From Oscillospiraceae bacterium (lineage in GTDB: Bacteria; Bacillota; Clostridia; Oscillospirales; JAKOTC01): a stretch of 64,000 bases of DNA. This document shows, piece by piece, positions 38,010 to 47,605 of the stretch (position 1 is the stretch's first letter; each line of letters begins with the position of its first letter). A program made the position numbers and the translations under genes. A model generated the notes under the pieces. The model had not been told where the DNA came from. It saw only the letters and a list, made by a program, of their open reading frames with translations, and ran no database searches. Location: positions 7,304-71,303 of the forward strand of contig DAOSWV010000009.1 in the NCBI GenBank assembly GCA_035380125.1, written 5' to 3'.

Positions 38010-39284
38010 ATGCTTCAACTCAAACAACTTTCCGATGAGAAACGGGTCGTGCGCCTGACCGCGCTGGCGACGCTTCTCGAACTGGAACGGTCCGGTGCGA
38101 TGAAAGCGCCGGAGACGGGACACTTTGTCAACAACCACATCCACACCAAATTCAGCTTTTCGCCCTACTACCCGACCGGGGCGATTTGGTACGCCCGGGC
38201 AGCCGGACTTCAGACCGCGGGCATTATGGATCACGACTCGGTCAGCGGTATTGACGAGTTTTATGTCGCCGGTGACCTGTGCAAAATGCCGGTTACGAGC
38301 GGCTTTGAGGTGCGTGTCAATCTGGCGGACTCCCCGTTCGGAGACCGCCGCGTCAACAACCCCGACCAAAACGGCGTCGCCTACGTCGCCTGCCACGGCA
38401 TTCCGAAAAACCGTACCGCTCAGGCCGAGGCGTTTTTGGGTCCGATCCGCGCCGCACGCAACATTCGCAATCAGGCTATGGTCGTACGGCTGAACGAACT
38501 GCTTGCGCCCGCCGACATCTTCATCGATTTCGATAAAGACGTCGCGCCGCTTTCCAGATTCAAAGAGGGCGGCAGCATCACCGAGCGCCATCTGCTGTTC
38601 GCGGTCTCCATGGCGCTTGTCGAGCGATTCGGCAAACGCGGCGACGTGGTTCCGTTTTTATCGGACAAACTGGGTGTGCAGTGCAGCGACAAGGTGAAAG
38701 CGCAGCTTTCCGACGTCGATAACCCCTTTTATGAATACGACCTGCTCGGACTTTTAAAGGCGTATCTGGTCAAAGATTTTTATATTCCGGCCAAAGCCGA
38801 ACTGCCCGAACCGCGCAAGTTTATCGAATTTGTCCGCTCCATCGGTGCGATTTCGGCCTACGCCTATCTCGGCGACGTCGGCAGCTCGGTTACGGGCGAC
38901 AAACAGACCGCCAAATACGAGGACGATTATCTCGACGATTTATTCGACTATCTGAAATACACGGGGTTTGACGCGATCACCTATATGCCGTCGCGCAACA
39001 CCTCCGAACAGCTTTCGCGCGTGATGGCGTTATGCGATAAGCACAACTTCTTCCAGATCAGCGGCGAGGACATCAACTCCCCGCGTCAAAGCTTTATCTG
39101 CCCCGCGCTCTCAAAACCCGAATACGCACATCTTTACGAGGCGACCTGGGCGCTGATCGGACATGAACGCGCCGCCGCCAAAAATCCGGCCGACTCGTTC
39201 ACCTCTCCGCAGACGGCGGAAAAATACCCGAAGATGGCGGAACGTGTAAAAGCGTTTGCGGCTATGTGTAGGGAACGGTCTTGA
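38010..39284 (+). CDS. PHP-domain metal-dependent phosphoesterase family protein
   Basis: N-terminal NNHIHTKFSFSP (HxH) and MDHDS motifs of the PHP fold. It starts 4 nt after lipoprotein 3. The last six codons and the stop lie inside a REP hairpin. Confidence 0.75.
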   Translation: MLQLKQLSDEKRVVRLTALATLLELERSGAMKAPETGHFVNNHIHTKFSFSPYYPTGAIWYARAAGLQTAGIMDHDSVSGIDEFYVAGDLCKMPVTSGFEVRVNLADSPFGDRRVNNPDQNGVAYVACHGIPKNRTAQAEAFLGPIRAARNIRNQAMVVRLNELLAPADIFIDFDKDVAPLSRFKEGGSITERHLLFAVSMALVERFGKRGDVVPFLSDKLGVQCSDKVKAQLSDVDNPFYEYDLLGLLKAYLVKDFYIPAKAELPEPRKFIEFVRSIGAISAYAYLGDVGSSVTGDKQTAKYEDDYLDDLFDYLKYTGFDAITYMPSRNTSEQLSRVMALCDKHNFFQISGEDINSPRQSFICPALSKPEYAHLYEATWALIGHERAAAKNPADSFTSPQTAEKYPKMAERVKAFAAMCRERS

Positions 39285-39373
39285 CCGTTCCGCATAAAAA
39301 AATCAACCGTTTCTTTAATCAATCTTCTAAGTCAAAAAATCCCGCGACGGAACGGTCAAGACCGTTCCCTACA
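39267..39373. repeat. Inverted pair of identical REP units
   Basis: TGTAGGGAACGGTCTTGACCGTTCCG at 39267-39292, and its reverse complement ending CCCTACA at 39373. The spacer is 57 bp. Confidence 0.75.
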
Positions 39374-39400
39374 TCACCATTATAAGGAGCGTAAATTACC

Positions 39401-40666
39401 ATGAAAACCAAAGCCATGCGCCTTTACGGCAAAAACGATCTGCGGGTCGAAGAATTCGAGCTTCCGCCGATCAAGGAAGACGAGATTTTAGCCAAAATCG
39501 TCTCCGACAGCGTCTGCATGTCGTCTTATAAGGCGGCTATGCAGGGCGCCGACCACAAGCGCGTCCCCAACGACGTCGACAAGAATCCGATCATCATCGG
39601 GCATGAATTCTGCGGCGAGTTGGTCGAGATCGGCAAGAAATGGGCCGGAAAATTCAAAGCCGGACAGAAATTTGTCCTTCAGCCCGCGCTGAATCTGCCG
39701 GAAAATCCCTATCTGGCACCCGGTTATTCGTTTCAATATATCGGCGGCGACGCGACCTACGTCGTCATTCCCGCCAGCGTGATGGAGCAGGACTGCCTGC
39801 TTTCTTACGGCGGTGAGGCGTTCTTTTTCGGCTCGCTTGCCGAGCCTGTCAGCTGCATCGTCGGCGGTTTCCATGTCAACTATCATACGCAGAACGGTGT
39901 GTACGAGCATAAAATGGGCATTATAAAGAACGGCAAGATGGCGCTGCTCGCCGGCGTCGGCCCGATGGGCCTCGGCGCGATCGACTATGCCCTGCACTGC
40001 GACCGCAAACCGTCTCTTTTGGTCGTCACCGACATCGACGACGCCCGCCTTGCGCGTGCAAAATCTTTGTACAGCGAAGAAGAAGCCGCGAAAAACGGTG
40101 TAAAGCTGATTTACCTGAATACCGGAAAAGTTGAGGACCCGGTCGCTGCTCTGCGCGAGCTCTCCGGCGGCACCGGATATAACGACGTATACGTCTACGC
40201 GCCGGTGGCCTCGGTCGTCGAACAGGCCGATAAAATCCTCGGACACGATGGCTGCCTGAACTTTTTCGCGGGCCCGACCAATCCCGAGTTCCGCGCGCAG
40301 TTCAATTTCTACAATGTCCATTATCTTTATACCCACGTCGCAGGCAACAGCGGCGGCAACACCGACGACATGCGTGAAGCTCTTGCGATGATGGAAAAAG
40401 GTCTGTTGAATCCGTCGGCTATGATCACTCATTTCGGCGGTCTGAATGCGGCGCCCGAAACCACACTGCACCTGCCCGAAATCAAGGGCGGCAAGAAACT
40501 GATCTACACCCACATCAGCTACCCGCTGACCGCGATTGCCGATCTGCCCGAGTTGGGCAAAACCGATCCGCTGAGCAAGAAACTCGCCGACATCGTGGCA
40601 AAAAACAACGGACTGTGGTGCGCCGAAGCCGAAAAGGTGTTGTTGGCGGAGGCGCCTGAGATTTAA
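39401..40666 (+). CDS. Zinc-type MDR-superfamily dehydrogenase (sugar/sugar-phosphate reductase-like, SorE-like)
   Basis: 421 aa. GHEFCGE zinc-ligand motif and the nucleotide-binding glycine motif LAGVGPMGLG. Confidence 0.75.
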   Translation: MKTKAMRLYGKNDLRVEEFELPPIKEDEILAKIVSDSVCMSSYKAAMQGADHKRVPNDVDKNPIIIGHEFCGELVEIGKKWAGKFKAGQKFVLQPALNLPENPYLAPGYSFQYIGGDATYVVIPASVMEQDCLLSYGGEAFFFGSLAEPVSCIVGGFHVNYHTQNGVYEHKMGIIKNGKMALLAGVGPMGLGAIDYALHCDRKPSLLVVTDIDDARLARAKSLYSEEEAAKNGVKLIYLNTGKVEDPVAALRELSGGTGYNDVYVYAPVASVVEQADKILGHDGCLNFFAGPTNPEFRAQFNFYNVHYLYTHVAGNSGGNTDDMREALAMMEKGLLNPSAMITHFGGLNAAPETTLHLPEIKGGKKLIYTHISYPLTAIADLPELGKTDPLSKKLADIVAKNNGLWCAEAEKVLLAEAPEI

Positions 40667-40673
40667 ATTGGCT

Positions 40674-40800
40674 GGGGAAGACTTTCACGTAAGGGAAATT
40701 CTTCGGGAGAACTGCGTTGCGTTTCTCTGTAGGGGCGGATATCATCCGCCCGTTGCGGTAGTATCGATTTATTCGGGCGGATATTATCCGCCCCTACATT
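40674..40800. repeat. Repeat cluster upstream of E2
   Basis: GGGGAAGACTTTCACGTAAGGGAAATTCTTC is an inverted copy of the module at 46369-46400. It is followed by two GTAG/CTAC hairpins at 40733-40751 and 40775-40793. Confidence 0.7.
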
Positions 40801-40827
40801 GTGAGAATATTGAAAAGAGGTTATTAC

Positions 40828-42099
40828 ATGGCAATCGGAATTTTGATGCCCAAGCAGGGCATTACGGTGGAATCGTGCATTCTCACCGAGTGGAAAAAGA
40901 AAGTCGGCGACGAGGTTAAGGTCGGTGACGTGCTGTTTGCGTACGAGACCGACAAGGCATCGTTCGAGTGCGAATCCACCGAATCCGGCACGATGCTTGC
41001 GCAGTTTTTTGCGGACGGAGATGAAGTCGCCGTTTTGACCAATGTCTGTGCGATCGGCAAACCCGGTGAGGATTTTGCGGCTTTGGCGCCCCAAAAAGAG
41101 GGGGAAACCGCAGCAACGGCAACTGTTGTTGCTACCTCGACTCCCGAGACGGCGACGGTTCAGGTGTCCGACGTGAAACCCGAACCGGTTCAGACCGTTG
41201 CTGCGGCAGGCGGCGAACTCAAGGTCTCTCCGCGCGCAAAAGCGGCTGCGGAACGGTTGGGCATTGATCTCGGAACCGTGACCCCGTCGGGTCCGGAAGG
41301 CAGAATTATCGAGCGTGATCTGGCTTCGGTCAATACGTTTGCGAAAGAAACTGCGACAACTGCACCGGCTGCTGCGCCGACTCCTGCTGCATCTGCTCCT
41401 GCTGCGGAATTTGAAGACGTCAAGCTCTCCGGCGTACGCCGTTCGATTGCCAAGGCCATGGTCAACTCGCTGTCTTCGATGGCACAGCTGACCCACCATT
41501 TCAGCTTCGACGCGACCGAGATCATGGCGCTGCGCGCCAAGCTCAAGGCCTCGGCCGAAACACTGGGCCTGCCGAATATCACCCTGAACGACATCGTGAT
41601 GTATGCGGTTTCGCGCACGGTCAAAAACCATCCCTACTGCAACGCACACATGATGGGTGACTCGATTCGCCTGTTCAAACACGTCAATCTCGGCATGGCG
41701 GTCGACACCGAACGCGGTCTGCTGGTGCCGACGATTTTTAACGCCGACACCCTGTCGCTTGCCGATATTGCAAAGCAGTCCAAAGCACTGGCCAAAGAGG
41801 CGCAGGGCGGCAGCATCAGCCCGGACAAACTCTCGGGCGGCACCTTCACCGTCTCCAACCTCGGTTCGTTAGGCGTGGAGATGTTCACCCCGATCATCAA
41901 CCCGCCGCAGACCTGCATCATCGGCGTCTGCAACCTCCAGACCAAGGTAAAACTGGTCAACGGCCAACCGGTCTATTATCAGGCGATGGGGCTTTCGCTG
42001 ACCTACGACCACAGAGCGGTCGACGGCGCGCCGGCATCGAGATTTATGCAGGAACTGTGCAGGAATTTGGAGAATTTCAACGCGCTGCTGGCGATGTAA
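40828..42099 (+). CDS. Dihydrolipoamide acyltransferase (E2) of a 2-oxoacid dehydrogenase complex
   Basis: Lipoyl domain with ETDKA, an Ala/Pro linker, a subunit-binding domain (SPRAKAAAERLGIDL) and a catalytic domain with DHRAVDG. Confidence 0.9.
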   Translation: MAIGILMPKQGITVESCILTEWKKKVGDEVKVGDVLFAYETDKASFECESTESGTMLAQFFADGDEVAVLTNVCAIGKPGEDFAALAPQKEGETAATATVVATSTPETATVQVSDVKPEPVQTVAAAGGELKVSPRAKAAAERLGIDLGTVTPSGPEGRIIERDLASVNTFAKETATTAPAAAPTPAASAPAAEFEDVKLSGVRRSIAKAMVNSLSSMAQLTHHFSFDATEIMALRAKLKASAETLGLPNITLNDIVMYAVSRTVKNHPYCNAHMMGDSIRLFKHVNLGMAVDTERGLLVPTIFNADTLSLADIAKQSKALAKEAQGGSISPDKLSGGTFTVSNLGSLGVEMFTPIINPPQTCIIGVCNLQTKVKLVNGQPVYYQAMGLSLTYDHRAVDGAPASRFMQELCRNLENFNALLAM

Positions 42100-42124
42100 G
42101 CGTTTTTCGGAGGCTCAGTGGTAC

Positions 42125-42294
42125 CGAGATCCTTCGACTACGCGCGTCCCGCGCTGCGCTCAGGATGACATAGCGGGCGACCACATGGGGTCGCCCCTAC
42201 GATGAACCACCCTGTCCGCTTCGCGGCCAACCCCTAAGGCGTCAAAGCCGTCCACAGAGCAGCATAGCGACGCCATGCAGAGGGGAATTTATTG
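42125..42294. repeat. Three-module repeat cluster in the E2-E3 spacer
   Basis: The CGAGATCCTTCGACT...GCGCTCAGGATGACA module is also at 60714-60783. The REP hairpin is at 42175-42196 plus CCTAC. The two-hairpin module is at 42204-42294. Confidence 0.75.
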
Positions 42295-42308
42295 AAGAAG
42301 GTTTTTAA

Positions 42309-43676
42309 ATGGATTTATTTGATCTGATTGTCATCGGCGGAGGTCCGGGCGGCTATTTGGCCGCTGAACGGGCCGGACATGCCGGTTTAAAAGTGGCGCT
42401 GTTTGAAAAACGCTCCTTGGGCGGCGTGTGCCTGAACGAGGGCTGCATCCCGTCGAAAGCGTTATTGTATTCGGCGAAGGTCTTCGACTACGCAAACCAC
42501 GCGTCGGCCTACGGTGTGACCGTAAAAGGCGCAACGATTGACCAAAACACCGTGATTGACCGCAAAGACGGCGTTGTCAAGACGCTTGTTTCCGGCGTCG
42601 GCGCAACCATGAAGAAAAATCACGTCACCGTGGTAAATGCGGCTGCCGTCATCAAAGGCAAAACCGCCGACGGGTTTGAAGTTGAAGCGGACGGGAAATC
42701 CTATACCGGTAAAAAGCTGATTATCGCGGCGGGTTCGGAGGCCGTTGTGCCGCCGATTCCGGGTGCAAAAGAGGGTCTTGCCGCCGGGTACGTGATGACC
42801 AACCGTGAGATTTTGGCACTGCGCGAAATACCGAAGGCGCTGGCCATTATCGGCGGAGGGGTCATCGGGCTTGAGATGGCGAGTTATTTCTGCTCGGTCG
42901 GCTCCAAAGTCACCGTGATTGAGATGCTCAACAAGATCGCGGGTCCGACCGACGACGAAATCTCGACGATTTTACAGAAAAACTACGCCAAAAAGGGCGT
43001 GGACTTTAAACTGGGCTGCAAGGTTACAGGTTTTGAAAAAGGCAGCGTCTCTTATACCGACCCAGAGGGTAAAGCCCAAACGCTTGCCTGCGATTATGCG
43101 CTGATGTCGATCGGCAGACGGCCTTCGAGCGCCGGTTTGGGGCTTGAAGCCATCGGCGTTTATATGGAACGCGGCGCGGTCAAGACCGACGACCATCTGC
43201 TGACCAACGTCCCGGATGTGTATGCGGTCGGCGATATCAACGGAAAACTGATGCTGGCGCACACGGCTTACCGTGAGGCTGAAGTCGCCGTCAACCACAT
43301 TCTCGGCAAAAAAGACACCATGCGTTACGGCGCGATTGCGTCGGTCATTTACACCAATCCCGAGGTCGGCTGTGTCGGCGAGACCGAAGAGAGTGCAAAG
43401 CAAAAGGGCTTTACGGTCAAAACCGCCAAACTGCCGATGATCTACAGCGGCCGGTATCTGGCCGAAGGCGGCGGAGACGGTATTTGCAAAATCATCGCCG
43501 ACGCCAAAACCAATAAACTGCTCGGTGTGCATATGATCGGCAGCTACTGCTCCGAAATTATCTACGGCGCGGCTCAGATGATCGAGTCGGGTATGAAAAT
43601 CGAAACCCTTAAGGAGCTGGTTTTTCCGCACCCCACGGTCAGCGAGATCGTGCGTGAAGTCCTGTTTGAGCTTTAA
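42309..43676 (+). CDS. lpdA: Dihydrolipoyl dehydrogenase (E3)
   Basis: GGGPGGY FAD motif, redox-active CLNEGCIPSK, and the C-terminal HPT.SE interface motif. Confidence 0.92.
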   Translation: MDLFDLIVIGGGPGGYLAAERAGHAGLKVALFEKRSLGGVCLNEGCIPSKALLYSAKVFDYANHASAYGVTVKGATIDQNTVIDRKDGVVKTLVSGVGATMKKNHVTVVNAAAVIKGKTADGFEVEADGKSYTGKKLIIAAGSEAVVPPIPGAKEGLAAGYVMTNREILALREIPKALAIIGGGVIGLEMASYFCSVGSKVTVIEMLNKIAGPTDDEISTILQKNYAKKGVDFKLGCKVTGFEKGSVSYTDPEGKAQTLACDYALMSIGRRPSSAGLGLEAIGVYMERGAVKTDDHLLTNVPDVYAVGDINGKLMLAHTAYREAEVAVNHILGKKDTMRYGAIASVIYTNPEVGCVGETEESAKQKGFTVKTAKLPMIYSGRYLAEGGGDGICKIIADAKTNKLLGVHMIGSYCSEIIYGAAQMIESGMKIETLKELVFPHPTVSEIVREVLFEL

Positions 43677-43680
43677 GACC

Positions 43681-43792
43681 ACAGAAGTGAGAAGTTAGAA
43701 GACAGAAAGGATACGGTTCTAATTATTTCGCTTTATTCCGCTGCCTTTTCGTAGAACGCTTTTCATACGGGCGATTACGAATCGCCCCTACT
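43681..43792. repeat. Heptamer-periodic array plus REP hairpin after lpd
   Basis: ACAGAAG TGAGAAG TTAGAAG ACAGAAA (43681-43708). Hairpin GGGCGAT-TACGA-ATCGCCC plus CTAC (43769-43791). Confidence 0.55.
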
Positions 43793-43874
43793 GTTTATTT
43801 TTGACGATTTTAAAAGAAAATGGTATAATACGATATACCCTTACCGCAACCATAAGAAAGAAGGATAACACCCC

Positions 43875-46343
43875 ATGCCGAAATGCGAATTCATCGACCC
43901 CAAATTCATCCGCAAGCCCGGAAAGATCACCTTTACCGATATCCCGGTGAACGCCTATAAGAAAACCGTTTCCGAGGAACGCAAGAACTTCTCGGACAAA
44001 AAGCTGATGCAGATTTATACCGACATCTGCACCCTGCGCGAATTCGAGAGCATGCTGTTTTCGATTAAAACGCAGGGCGAATACAACGGCTTCAAGCAGT
44101 CCTACCCCGGTCCGGCGCATCTGTCGCTCGGACAGGAAGCCGCCGCTGTCGGACAGGCCTATCTGCTGACCACGGACGACTACGCCTTCGGTTCCCACCG
44201 CTCCCACTCTGAGATTTTGGCTAAAGGCCTTTCGTCGATTCACCAACTCTCCGACGACGAGCTGATGGAGATTATGGAAAACTTCCTCGGCGGCAAGACG
44301 CTGAAAGCGATTCAGGGTCATCAGAAGACCAAATCCGTCAAGGAACTGGCCACCGACTTTTTGATCTACGGCGCACTGGCTGAGATTTTTGCCCGCCAAA
44401 ACGGCTTCCATCACGGTCTCGGCGGCTCGATGCACGCGTTCTTCCTGCCGTTCGGCATCTACCCGAACAACGCCATTGTCGGCGGCTCGGGCCCCATCGC
44501 ACTCGGTTCGGCTCTTTATAAAAAATGCAACGATAAAAAAGGCATCGTCGTTGCCAACATCGGCGACGGATCACTCGGCTGCGGTCCGGTGCTCGAATCG
44601 CTGAACTTTGCGGCGATGGATCAGTTCACCCAACTCTGGGAGAAAAAAGGCGGCCTGCCGATTCTGTTTAACATCTTCGACAACGGCTACGGCATGGGCG
44701 GTCAGACCCGCGGCGAGACAATGGCGTATGACTTCGTCGCAAGAGTCGGCGCAGGGGTTTCCCCGACACAGCTCTATTCCGAGCGTGTGGACGGCTACAA
44801 TCCGCTGGCCGTGATCGACGCGATGAAGCGCAAACTGAAGCTTTTACACGAGGGCAAGGGTCCGGTTATGCTCGACGTGATCACCTACCGCACCAGCGGC
44901 CATTCGCCGTCCGACAGCGGCTCCTACCGCACCAAAGAAGAACTCGACTGCTGGGTCGCCGAAGACCCCTGCGTGACCTGGCGCAAAGACCTGGTTGACG
45001 CCGGCGTCGCGCCCGACAGCGCGTTCGACGAGATCTGGGCCGACATCAAAGAGCGCACGATGAAAATCTGCAAGCTCGCCGCCGATCCCGCCGTCAGCCC
45101 GTATATCGACATGGCAAATCAACCTGACACCATCGAAAAACTGATGTTCTCGAACCTGCACGTCCCGTCGATGGACACCACCCGCAAACCCGACGTGCTG
45201 CTGCCCAAAGAGGAAAACCCGCGCGTTAAGTCGCTGGCGACCAAAGAGCGTTTCTACCTCGACGCCAACGGCCAGCCGGTCTCCAAGACCAAACAGTTCG
45301 GTCTGCGCGACGGTCTGTTCGAGGCGATTTTGGACAAGTATTACGAAGACCCGACCCTGATTTCCTACGGTGAGGACGTCCGCGACTGGGGCGGTGCGTT
45401 TGCCGTCTACCGCGGTCTGACCGAGGCCCTGCCCTATCACCGCTTATTCAACTCCCCGATCTCCGAAGCCGCAATCGTCGGCTCGGCGGTGGGTTATGCC
45501 CTGTCCGGCGGCCGCGTAATCGTCGAATTGATGTACGCCGACTTTATGGGCCGCGCCGGAGACGAAATTTTCAACCAACTGGCCAAATGGCAGGCGATGA
45601 GCGCGGGCATTTTGAAGATGCCGGTCGTGCTGCGCGTGTCCATCGGCAGCAAATACGGCGCACAGCACTCCCAGGACTGGGTGGCGCTGGCCGCGCACAT
45701 CCCCGGCCTCAAAGTCGTGTTCCCGGCGACCCCGTACGACGCAAAAGGCCTGATGGCCGCTGCGCTGAACGGCACCGATCCGGTTGTCTTCTTCGAGAGC
45801 CAGCGCATCTATGACATGCCCGAAAAGTTCCACGCCGGCGGCGTTCCCAAGGAGAGTTATGAAATCGAACTCGGAAAACCGGATATCAAAAAGGCCGGTT
45901 CCGACATCACGATTTTGTCCATCGGCGCGACATTATACCGCGTGATGGATGCCGCGAAAGAACTTGAAGAGAAATACGGCATCTCGGCGGAAGTCATCGA
46001 CGCGCGTTCGATCGTACCGTTCGACTACGAGCCGGTGCTGGAATCGGTCAAGAAGACCGGCAAGCTCGTACTCTCGTCCGATGCCTGCGCACGCGGCAGT
46101 TTCCTCAACGACCTGGCACGCAACATCAGCGAGATGGCGTTCGATTACCTCGATGCGCCGCCGGTCGTCGTAGGCGCACGCAATTGGATTACCCCGCCGT
46201 TCGAATTCGACGCGGACTTCTTCCCGCAGGCCGATTGGATCATCGATGCGATTCACGAAAAGATTATGCCGATCGCTGGCTATACCCCGAAGACCAACCT
46301 GACTACGGGTGAGGAAATCCGCAGGGCAAAGAAAGGGGTCTAA
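43875..46343 (+). CDS. Fused E1 alpha-beta subunit of a TPP-dependent 2-oxoacid (acetoin/pyruvate-type) dehydrogenase
   Basis: 822 aa. The N-terminal half has the TPP motif IGDGS...N. The C-terminal half resembles an E1-beta transketolase-like pyrimidine-binding and C-terminal domain. Confidence 0.85.
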   Translation: MPKCEFIDPKFIRKPGKITFTDIPVNAYKKTVSEERKNFSDKKLMQIYTDICTLREFESMLFSIKTQGEYNGFKQSYPGPAHLSLGQEAAAVGQAYLLTTDDYAFGSHRSHSEILAKGLSSIHQLSDDELMEIMENFLGGKTLKAIQGHQKTKSVKELATDFLIYGALAEIFARQNGFHHGLGGSMHAFFLPFGIYPNNAIVGGSGPIALGSALYKKCNDKKGIVVANIGDGSLGCGPVLESLNFAAMDQFTQLWEKKGGLPILFNIFDNGYGMGGQTRGETMAYDFVARVGAGVSPTQLYSERVDGYNPLAVIDAMKRKLKLLHEGKGPVMLDVITYRTSGHSPSDSGSYRTKEELDCWVAEDPCVTWRKDLVDAGVAPDSAFDEIWADIKERTMKICKLAADPAVSPYIDMANQPDTIEKLMFSNLHVPSMDTTRKPDVLLPKEENPRVKSLATKERFYLDANGQPVSKTKQFGLRDGLFEAILDKYYEDPTLISYGEDVRDWGGAFAVYRGLTEALPYHRLFNSPISEAAIVGSAVGYALSGGRVIVELMYADFMGRAGDEIFNQLAKWQAMSAGILKMPVVLRVSIGSKYGAQHSQDWVALAAHIPGLKVVFPATPYDAKGLMAAALNGTDPVVFFESQRIYDMPEKFHAGGVPKESYEIELGKPDIKKAGSDITILSIGATLYRVMDAAKELEEKYGISAEVIDARSIVPFDYEPVLESVKKTGKLVLSSDACARGSFLNDLARNISEMAFDYLDAPPVVVGARNWITPPFEFDADFFPQADWIIDAIHEKIMPIAGYTPKTNLTTGEEIRRAKKGV

Positions 46344-46345
46344 AA

Positions 46346-46462
46346 GCGTTTACTGCGGTAACCGCTCAAGAAGAATTTCTCTTACGTAAAATTCTTCCCC
46401 TCCTATTTTGCACTCTGCAAGAGCGTTCGGTAAGCGGACGCAATGCGTTTACTGCGGTAACC
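46346..46462. repeat. Direct repeat GCGTTTACTGCGGTAACCGC (x2) flanking a GAAGAATTTCTCTTACGTAAAATTCTTCCCC module
   Basis: Identical 20-mers at 46346-46365 and 46443-46462, each containing the palindrome GCGGTAACCGC. Confidence 0.7.
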
Positions 46463-46510
46463 GCATTCTCAAAAACGTCGGTTTAAAGCGACGCCACACA
46501 AGTATATATC

Positions 46511-46549
46511 CCAAAAGCGCGAGTAAAGATTCTTTATTCGCGCTTTTGG
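46511..46549 (+). terminator. Putative intrinsic terminator downstream of the E1 gene
   Basis: CCAAAAGCGCGA ... TCGCGCTTTTGG. The core stem is GCGCGA/TCGCGC, followed by TTTT. Confidence 0.6.
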
Positions 46550-46592
46550 CTGAAATCAGGGATACTATATTCTGGGTGTGATATTAAGGAAA

Positions 46593-47597
46593 ATGCCATT
46601 AATTGAAAGGAGCACCAACACCGTGAAACTGATTGTCAACCGAAACACCGACCCCGCCTATAACCTCGCGTTTGAGGAGTATTTTCTCACCGAGATGCAA
46701 GGAGAGTTTGTGCTGCTGTGGCAAAACCGCCCCACCGTTGTCGTCGGCTGCAACCAGAATGTCTACAAGGAGATTAACTTTACGGCCCTTGAGCAACGGG
46801 ATATTAGTCTTGTGCGGCGGCAAACCGGCGGAGGCGCGGTTTACCACGACCTGGGCAACGTCAACTTCTCGTTCATCACCCCCTATCATGACGGCGACTT
46901 GTCGGATATGAAAAAATTCTGTGAGCCCGTTGTCGGTTATCTGGCCACCCTCGGCGTCAAGGCCGAAGTCGGCGGCCGCAACGACATCCTTGTCGACGGC
47001 ATGAAGTTCTCGGGCAATGCGCAGGCCGTGCGTAAAAACCGCATTCTGCACCACGGCACACTTTTGTTCGACACCGATCTCTCGGTGCTCTCGAATGTTT
47101 TGTCGCCCGACCCGAAAAAATTCACCGGAAAAGGGATTGACTCGGTTCGCAGCCGGGTGACCAATCTGCGTCCTCTGCTCAAAACCGATATGACCACAGA
47201 CCAATTTTTTGAGGGTCTTTCATCGTTTTTCATTCAATCGGGCTGTGAGACGGGTGTTCTCGGAAAATCGGCGCCCGGGTACATTTCGGCGCTTCGCCGC
47301 GAAAAATATTCCGCCCGTCTTTGGACCTACGGTGAAAATCCCGCCTATAAGTTCTTTAACGAAGGGCGGTTTTCCTGCGGGGAAGTTACGGTCGGTTTCG
47401 ACTGCGACGACGGACGCATTTCGAGTTTGAAAATCGGCGGTGACTTTTTGCTCAAATGCCCGACAAGTGAACTCTGCACTGCAATCAACGGAACGCTGCA
47501 CGAGCGGAAAGCCCTTCTTGAACGCATTTCGGCGCTTCGTTTGGACGATTATATCACAGGCATTACGCCCGAGGAACTGTGCTCTCTGTTTTTTTAG
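46593..47597 (+). CDS. lplA: Lipoate-protein ligase A
   Basis: RRQTGGGAVYHDLGNVNFSF and the GRNDI...G.K.SG motifs of LplA. An alternative GTG start at 46623 lies behind AAAGGAG. Confidence 0.88.
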   Translation: MPLIERSTNTVKLIVNRNTDPAYNLAFEEYFLTEMQGEFVLLWQNRPTVVVGCNQNVYKEINFTALEQRDISLVRRQTGGGAVYHDLGNVNFSFITPYHDGDLSDMKKFCEPVVGYLATLGVKAEVGGRNDILVDGMKFSGNAQAVRKNRILHHGTLLFDTDLSVLSNVLSPDPKKFTGKGIDSVRSRVTNLRPLLKTDMTTDQFFEGLSSFFIQSGCETGVLGKSAPGYISALRREKYSARLWTYGENPAYKFFNEGRFSCGEVTVGFDCDDGRISSLKIGGDFLLKCPTSELCTAINGTLHERKALLERISALRLDDYITGITPEELCSLFF

Positions 47598-47605
47598 GAG
47601 ATCGA

